Origin: Candidatus Sulfurimonas ponti
Lineage (GTDB): Bacteria; Campylobacterota; Campylobacteria; Campylobacterales; Sulfurimonadaceae
Assembly: GCA_014381585.1 (NCBI GenBank)
Contig: JACNLH010000058.1
Location: forward strand, 1 to 54,759
Direction of reading: 5' to 3'
Length of the DNA: 54,759 nt
Below, piece by piece: positions 49,261-54,759 of this stretch (the first letter of the stretch is position 1; each line of letters opens with the position of its first letter). The notes under the pieces are model-generated. The model searched no databases. It saw nothing but the letters and a program-made list of their open reading frames with translations, and was not told the DNA's origin. The position numbers were made by a program, and so were the translations under genes.

Positions 49261-50930
49261 TAAAGCTCATTTCCGCCATATAAAATATTTCTTCCATCCA
49301 CCGGCAACTCTTTGTTAAAGTACAAGTTATGGTTGATGGACACCTCCTTGCATAACTTAGAAAAAAGATGCCGATTCCCAAGTAATGAACCCGTCACAAC
49401 AACTGCATCTGCCTTCATTTCACTCTTTATCTCATCAAGCTGGTTCGCTATAAATTCAACAAAGCTTTCTATAACACCATAACTAAGGGTGAGGGAATCC
49501 ACTTCTGCAAGTCTAAAACTCATCGCTGTTCTAATAGTCATGAGTGGATCTAAATAGACTTTAGAATCGATGCTTTTTAATTTATAATCTATTCTAGGAC
49601 CTTTTGTCCCTAAAAATGAATTGGCATTTGACTCAAATATTTTTGCTGCATTTCTTAAGTTTGCATCTTTAGAAAATCCTAAAACAATCGAAACCACACC
49701 CCATAAGGCATAAATATTAAACTCTTTCACCTCAAAGACTATCTTTGATATCACTTCATGATGTTCTTTGTATCTCTTTTCATAATTAGCCATCAATCTC
49801 GCCGCTGTTTCACTTGTGGTGCGTATAGCCTCAAACACTTCTGCCATAGAATCAAATGCGAATTCAAATGACAAATACTCTATAGTTCCAAATTTTTTAG
49901 CATACACTAAAATGTCATTATGATATTCTCTACTGATATTCACGCCAATAACAGTTCTCTCAAATAAATCATGTTCTTTGATAACCGAATGAAAAGCACC
50001 GATATGAGGGATAACGGCCTTAGAGCCACCCTCAAAATGGAACTTTGCTAAACCTCTTTGGCCCTTGAGTATAGCAACATAGCTGTCACTAACCACGCAT
50101 TCAATCGGTTCTAATTCATTAGCGGAATCATGCAAAGATAATTTCGTATCAGCCAAAGGGCACTCTTTAGATATGAAGACTAAATTTTCACCTAGGATAT
50201 TCAACTCCAATAAGAGGAAATACAATATAAAGTCATCTGCAAGTTTAAATCTTATAAACTCTTTTTGAATATCTTCAAAATCCATTTTAAATTTCACATT
50301 CGTTTTTAGCTCAATAAAAGGTTTTTCAATAGCTCCAAGAGCAACCATCTCAGTTTTGGCCGCATGTGTGTAATTTTCTATTGAATGCAAATCAAAGCTC
50401 ACTATATCAAACTCAAAATCATTACATTTTGCACTTAACTTTCCAAGACAATATTTTCCATATAAGGTGTCCACTTCAAGGATTAAGCCATCTTGTATAG
50501 ATTGTGCAGCTATTTGTATTTTTTCTTTATAGTTGTCTTTTTCAGCATATACATCGTAACCGCAAACTTCACACTGATGAAATGGATTATAATAGTTTTC
50601 GTTCGCTTCATCTCTTACTTCTTCTAAACACTTTGGACAAAACGGCATAGAGATTTTTGAGGTTTGAGGTAAAAGAAAAGTCGAATTTGGCATATCTGTA
50701 GCGGCAATAACTTCTGTATTATGTAAAAAAATGGAGTATGGCAATTCTAGAGAAAGTTTATTTGCAAAATTTTCTAAATCATCAGTGTTATCAGATGAAA
50801 CATGCAAAACCAACTCTTCTTTCTCTCTTGAAAGATTGCTTTTTAGATTAAATATTTTCAAAGTTCTTAAAATTATTTTTTCATATATGAAAGATGAAGA
50901 GCTATACTCAAACGAAAACTTCAATATCAT
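49257..50930 (-). CDS. hydE: Hydrogenase accessory protein HydE (Campylobacterota type)
   Basis: Position after hydD; FLGTKGPRIDY and RTAMSFRLAEVD...SYGVIESF motifs; CxxC-x18-CxxC. Confidence 0.8.
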   Translation of the reverse strand: MILKFSFEYSSSSFIYEKIILRTLKIFNLKSNLSREKEELVLHVSSDNTDDLENFANKLSLELPYSIFLHNTEVIAATDMPNSTFLLPQTSKISMPFCPKCLEEVRDEANENYYNPFHQCEVCGYDVYAEKDNYKEKIQIAAQSIQDGLILEVDTLYGKYCLGKLSAKCNDFEFDIVSFDLHSIENYTHAAKTEMVALGAIEKPFIELKTNVKFKMDFEDIQKEFIRFKLADDFILYFLLLELNILGENLVFISKECPLADTKLSLHDSANELEPIECVVSDSYVAILKGQRGLAKFHFEGGSKAVIPHIGAFHSVIKEHDLFERTVIGVNISREYHNDILVYAKKFGTIEYLSFEFAFDSMAEVFEAIRTTSETAARLMANYEKRYKEHHEVISKIVFEVKEFNIYALWGVVSIVLGFSKDANLRNAAKIFESNANSFLGTKGPRIDYKLKSIDSKVYLDPLMTIRTAMSFRLAEVDSLTLSYGVIESFVEFIANQLDEIKSEMKADAVVVTGSLLGNRHLFSKLCKEVSINHNLYFNKELPVDGRNILYGGNELY

Positions 50931-51472
50931 AAGACACCCTTTAAATAAGTGTATTTTGCCACTTCAGCTAAAGTGACATCTTTTTTTATAGAACTCTTTA
51001 CACCAAAAGCCTCAATATACTCGAGTATAGTTTTTTCCATAAGAGCACTTGCCCTTAACACCTCTGGCGTCATAGTGAATGTACTGTCTTCACCGATGAC
51101 ATAAGGAATCACACCCACTATTTTTGTAGGAGGCAAGTCTCCTAACATCTCTATCATCTGAAGCGTTTGAAGCATCTCCACCTCATGAGCACTTCCATTC
51201 CATGTGATGAAATCCGGCACATCTGTAAAATCAAAGCAAAAAACATCACCCACTTCACCCTCAAGCACTTTTACACAATCAATAAGCAAAACCCTGTCAT
51301 ACTCTGTAATAATAGGGATTAATCTTTGCGCCAACGTTCCACCATCTACAATCTCTATTTCATGTTCTGTAGAATCAAATTGATATTTTTCATCTATGAG
51401 GTTTGCCAGATGAGGGCCAACACCCTCATCTCCAAAAAGAATATTACCAATACCAAGTATTAAAATCTTCAA
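50927..51472 (-). CDS. hydD: Hydrogenase maturation protease (HyaD/HybD family)
   Basis: LGIGNILFGDEGVG, VDGGT, SAHEV. Confidence 0.95.
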   Translation of the reverse strand: MKILILGIGNILFGDEGVGPHLANLIDEKYQFDSTEHEIEIVDGGTLAQRLIPIITEYDRVLLIDCVKVLEGEVGDVFCFDFTDVPDFITWNGSAHEVEMLQTLQMIEMLGDLPPTKIVGVIPYVIGEDSTFTMTPEVLRASALMEKTILEYIEAFGVKSSIKKDVTLAEVAKYTYLKGVL

Positions 51473-51522
51473 GAAAACCCTTTGTATTTGCTATATCTTT
51501 AAAATAAAACTTATAAAAGTGA

Positions 51523-52260
51523 CTAAACTCTTTTATGCCATTTTATTCCGCTGATTATAGCATCAATTGTACCTTCTTTGATGAAGACTGCATTGTAGAC
51601 TGCTATATAAATGTGTATCACTATAAATAAAATCACACCCCACATAAGTATATGGTGAAGTTCTCTTACAAATGCCAAACCACCCAACATAACTTCTATA
51701 CTTCTCATCGGTTCGTATAAAAATCCGCCTAATCCCTCATGATACACATGAACAAAAAGGATTAAACCTGTAATAATTAAGCCAAATGCCATTACATAAA
51801 ATAAAGTATAGGATAAAAATTGCATAGGATTATACACTCCCCTTAACTTTGGATGCTTGCTAATCAACAAATAAAATCCTATCTGTTTAACCCAAACTAT
51901 TGGATTAATCACATCCCATAAAGCAGCTCTCTCATTTTCATGTTTTTTAGCGAAAATAAAAAGATAGCTTTTTAGAAGAATTGCAGCGATAAAAACAAAT
52001 CCAATAATAATATGCCAAGTTCTAAAAAGTGCATACATAAAGTTTGTGGGCTCATTAGTCACTGTCGGAGTTATAACCGGAACTGCCAGATAAAAGCCCG
52101 TTGCGATTAAAAAAATAATTGAAAAAGCTCTAATCCAATGCTGCCATCTATAAGCCGCCGAGTACTCAAGATCTCGTCCAATATGCTCATCTATTCCAAC
52201 ATGCCCTTCTATATCAACATGCTGTTGTATTTTAGTGGATTCTTTAGATGTCGTATCCAT
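51523..52260 (-). CDS. hydC: [NiFe]-hydrogenase cytochrome b subunit (start ATG 52260 preferred over 52287)
   Basis: Heme His ligands RWQHW, RTWH, RELHH, IHIY; YNPMQ; AGGAG SD before 52260. Confidence 0.93.
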   Translation of the reverse strand: MDTTSKESTKIQQHVDIEGHVGIDEHIGRDLEYSAAYRWQHWIRAFSIIFLIATGFYLAVPVITPTVTNEPTNFMYALFRTWHIIIGFVFIAAILLKSYLFIFAKKHENERAALWDVINPIVWVKQIGFYLLISKHPKLRGVYNPMQFLSYTLFYVMAFGLIITGLILFVHVYHEGLGGFLYEPMRSIEVMLGGLAFVRELHHILMWGVILFIVIHIYIAVYNAVFIKEGTIDAIISGIKWHKRV

Positions 52261-52270
52261 GATAACTCCT

Positions 52271-54004
52271 TTATACACTGCATCCATTATAAAGCGGATT
52301 CACTTTATACTCACTCAGAGTCTTGCCTTTTGTATCCATTACGTGAACCGCACAAGCTATACAAGGGTCAAATGAATGAATAATTCTAATAATTTCTAGC
52401 GGTTGCGTTAAATCCTCAATTTTGAGACCTATTAAATCAGCCTCATAGGGTCCTTTTTTACCTTGAGCATCCATAGGCCCCGCATTCCAAGTCGATGGAA
52501 CCACTGCTTGATAATTTTCAACAACTCCATTTTTTATTTTAATCCAATGACTCAGCATTCCACGTGGCACATCACCGATACCTCTGCCAATATACTCTTT
52601 ATCTTTATCGATAATATAAGGAGCACATGTCTCTTGATCCACTTTAAGGTTTTCTATTAAGTTGTTAAACGCAACCAAGGCATTGTCTGAGACGAGTTTT
52701 GCCTGAAGCATTCTCGCACCTGTTCTTCCCAAAGTTGAAAACAGTGCAGCCGCTGGAATCCCGGTTTTTCCTAAAAACTCATTTACAAGTGTTGTCACCT
52801 TTTCATTCCCTCTGACATAACCAACTAAAATACTGGCTAATGGTCCCACTTCCATAGGCTCTTCATTGTATCTTGGAGATTTAATCCAGCTATATTTTTT
52901 TGTTTCATCGATTAGTTTTGTTTTAACATTTGTGCCATCAACACCAATACTTTCTCCATCTACAAAACCGGTGTAATTTGGCTCTGTTTCACCATTATAC
53001 GGATGAAGCGGATTATCATTTTTATACCATGAATGCGTTGCATCTTCTGTAATCTTATCTTCATCAATATCAAAAACTTTGCTCAAATCACCATTCATAA
53101 TCACACCGCTGTCAAAAAGATACTCATTTTTTCCAATCATAAATTCTTTATGTGCCATAAAATTTTTAACACCCATAGGCTTCATAACTGATGGTTCAGT
53201 TTTATACATCTCCACTGCCATAACAATATCAGGATAATATGCATTGTTGATAAAGTCTGCAATCTCTTGAAATTTAACTAAATACTCACCCATTCTAGCC
53301 GGATTTAAAATATCCATAACACAAGTGACTCCACCAACTACTAAACTTTGTGGATGCGGTTGTTTACCACCAAAAATAGCCATCAATTGTGCAGCCGTTC
53401 TTTGCACTTCCAGTGCTTTTAAATAATGAGAAAGTGCAATTAGATTTTGTTCTGGCGAAAATCTAAATGTTTTATGCCCCCAATATGCATTGGCAAACGG
53501 TCCAAGACCTTGTGGATTTTTGGCAAATTTGGCTATTTTTTCTTTTACCCGTTTAAGTTCATTTTCACCTGTTCCAATTGGGTTGTCACAGTATTTAAAT
53601 GCTAATTCACTTGCTTTTTTCTCATCAGCGCTTAATGCTGAGACGATATCAACCCAGTCAACACCATGTAAATGATAAAAATGAACAGGATGGTCATGCA
53701 TAAACAATGCAGCATTCATTAAAGTTCTCACAAGTTCTGCATTGTAAGGTATCTTAATTCCAAGTGCATTTTCCACAGTCATCGTGCTTTTTAAATAGTG
53801 TGAGTAAGTACACACTCCACAGATTCTTTGCATCATCAAGGGTATATTTCTTGGATCACGGCCTTTAGCAATCACTTCAAGACCTCTCCACAATGTTGAA
53901 GACACAAAAGCATCTTGCACTATTCCGTCCTCTCCAACAATAACTTCAGCTCTTAAATGTCCTTCGATTCTTGTTATCGGATCTACCACCACTCTCTTTG
54001 ACAT
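52271..54004 (-). CDS. hydB: [NiFe]-hydrogenase large subunit (group 1b)
   Basis: DPITRIEGH, L1 QRICGVCTYSH, L2 SFDPCIACAVH plus cleavable C-terminal extension. Confidence 0.97.
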   Translation of the reverse strand: MSKRVVVDPITRIEGHLRAEVIVGEDGIVQDAFVSSTLWRGLEVIAKGRDPRNIPLMMQRICGVCTYSHYLKSTMTVENALGIKIPYNAELVRTLMNAALFMHDHPVHFYHLHGVDWVDIVSALSADEKKASELAFKYCDNPIGTGENELKRVKEKIAKFAKNPQGLGPFANAYWGHKTFRFSPEQNLIALSHYLKALEVQRTAAQLMAIFGGKQPHPQSLVVGGVTCVMDILNPARMGEYLVKFQEIADFINNAYYPDIVMAVEMYKTEPSVMKPMGVKNFMAHKEFMIGKNEYLFDSGVIMNGDLSKVFDIDEDKITEDATHSWYKNDNPLHPYNGETEPNYTGFVDGESIGVDGTNVKTKLIDETKKYSWIKSPRYNEEPMEVGPLASILVGYVRGNEKVTTLVNEFLGKTGIPAAALFSTLGRTGARMLQAKLVSDNALVAFNNLIENLKVDQETCAPYIIDKDKEYIGRGIGDVPRGMLSHWIKIKNGVVENYQAVVPSTWNAGPMDAQGKKGPYEADLIGLKIEDLTQPLEIIRIIHSFDPCIACAVHVMDTKGKTLSEYKVNPLYNGCSV

Positions 54005-54018
54005 ACTAAACTCCTCTT

Positions 54019-54759
54019 CTATACTTCTGGATTTTTGATTACAGATATTGCAGCATGCGCTGCGATTCCTATCGCCGTGACAGTAAGCAGTCCTAAACCG
54101 ATTTTATCCGCTGTTGCGTCAGAACCAAGTCCACCAAATGCACTGTGATACAGCCTGTTTGCCAAGGGTTCATGCACTATTCCCATAGTGTCCCAAAAGT
54201 CTGGTTCACTACATCCCATACATCCATGTCCTGACTGAATAGGCCAAGATGTTCCTTGGTTGAATTTTTGTTTGGAGCAATTATTAAAAGTGTATGGACC
54301 TTTACAACCCACTTTATAAAGACAATAGCCATGTTTGGCACCGTCATCTCCGAACTGTTGTACAAATTCACCGGCATCAAACCGACCACGTCTTTCACAA
54401 GCGTCATGAATTCTAAGTCCATAAGCCCATTTTGGACGATTATAAACATCCAGTGCCGGAAGAGTTCCATATAAAATGAAGTGTAAGAGCGTTCCGACAA
54501 TGTTACTCTCACTAGGAGGACATCCAGGGACGTTGATTACAGGTTTATTGGTTATTTTACTCAAGGGCTGTGCATTTGTAGGATTCGGGGCAGCTGCTTG
54601 AACACCTCCAAAAGACGAACACGTGCCAATAGCAAAAATTGCAGCCGCGTCATTAGAAGCCTCTATAGCATGTTGTTGCCCTGTTTTACCATGGGCACCG
54701 ACTGTTAAATAAAAATCACTCTGCCCCTGAGGTATTCCACCCTCAACCATTAAAATATA
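54019..54759 (-). CDS. hydA: [NiFe]-hydrogenase small subunit (5' part outside the window)
   Basis: GTCSSFGG, PGCPP, IHDACERR, CLYKVGCKGP, HGCMGCSEPDFWD, C-terminal TM anchor with His; frame open to the window edge. Confidence 0.96.
   Translation of the reverse strand, partial: YILMVEGGIPQGQSDFYLTVGAHGKTGQQHAIEASNDAAAIFAIGTCSSFGGVQAAAPNPTNAQPLSKITNKPVINVPGCPPSESNIVGTLLHFILYGTLPALDVYNRPKWAYGLRIHDACERRGRFDAGEFVQQFGDDGAKHGYCLYKVGCKGPYTFNNCSKQKFNQGTSWPIQSGHGCMGCSEPDFWDTMGIVHEPLANRLYHSAFGGLGSDATADKIGLGLLTVTAIGIAAHAAISVIKNPEV

Noticed and set aside
52330-52372. Possible selenocysteine or recoding in the hydrogenase large subunit
   Set aside because: The L2 motif uses TGT codons (DPCIAC) with no in-frame TGA.
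52556-52571. parS-like sequence CATTCCACGTGGCACA (13/16 match to TGTTCCACGTGGAACA)
   Set aside because: It lies in the conserved hydB DVPRGM codons and the outer palindrome arms are broken. I saw no convincing parS site near parAB.

Overview
AT-rich, gene-dense window of core chromosome from a Campylobacterota (Epsilonproteobacteria) bacterium, most consistent with a Sulfurimonas-like chemolithotroph. This placement is inferred from gene order and protein style, not from a database search. Left to right: a partial TonB-dependent receptor missing from the ORF track, gltA, an MFS/small-protein/MATE operon, and a stand-alone sigma28-type flaG. Then a long + strand run: argG, an FTR-catalytic-domain/rhodanese fusion, rplI, hslVU, era, the cell-shape peptidases Csd6/Pgp2 and Csd4/Pgp1, and an MSHA/Cts-like type IV pilus/T2SS assembly cluster without pilins. 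Next come yigZ-yebC and the conserved minus-strand block rplU-rpmA-obgE-proB-fmt-birA-parA-parB-atpF'FHAGDC-tolQRAB-pal-cpoB-slyD-(Fis-like)-fabD-(nitrilase)-mtnN-ttcA. The right end has a Tat-exported DUF2202 ferritin-like gene plus a partner ORF, and the 3' part of a group 1b [NiFe] uptake hydrogenase operon (hydABCDE-hypF). I found no rRNA, tRNA, CRISPR array, transposase or prophage. Best leads: the FTR-rhodanese fusion; a possible family of short REP-like multi-hairpin intergenic elements (hslU-era and obgE-proB spacers); HydE as a degenerate HypF paralogue; the Tat ferritin-like gene with an 11-bp-spaced direct repeat in its promoter; a natural His variant of Csd4; a probable ATT-initiated MATE gene; and candidate leaderless mRNAs. 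All functional calls come from motif recognition only.
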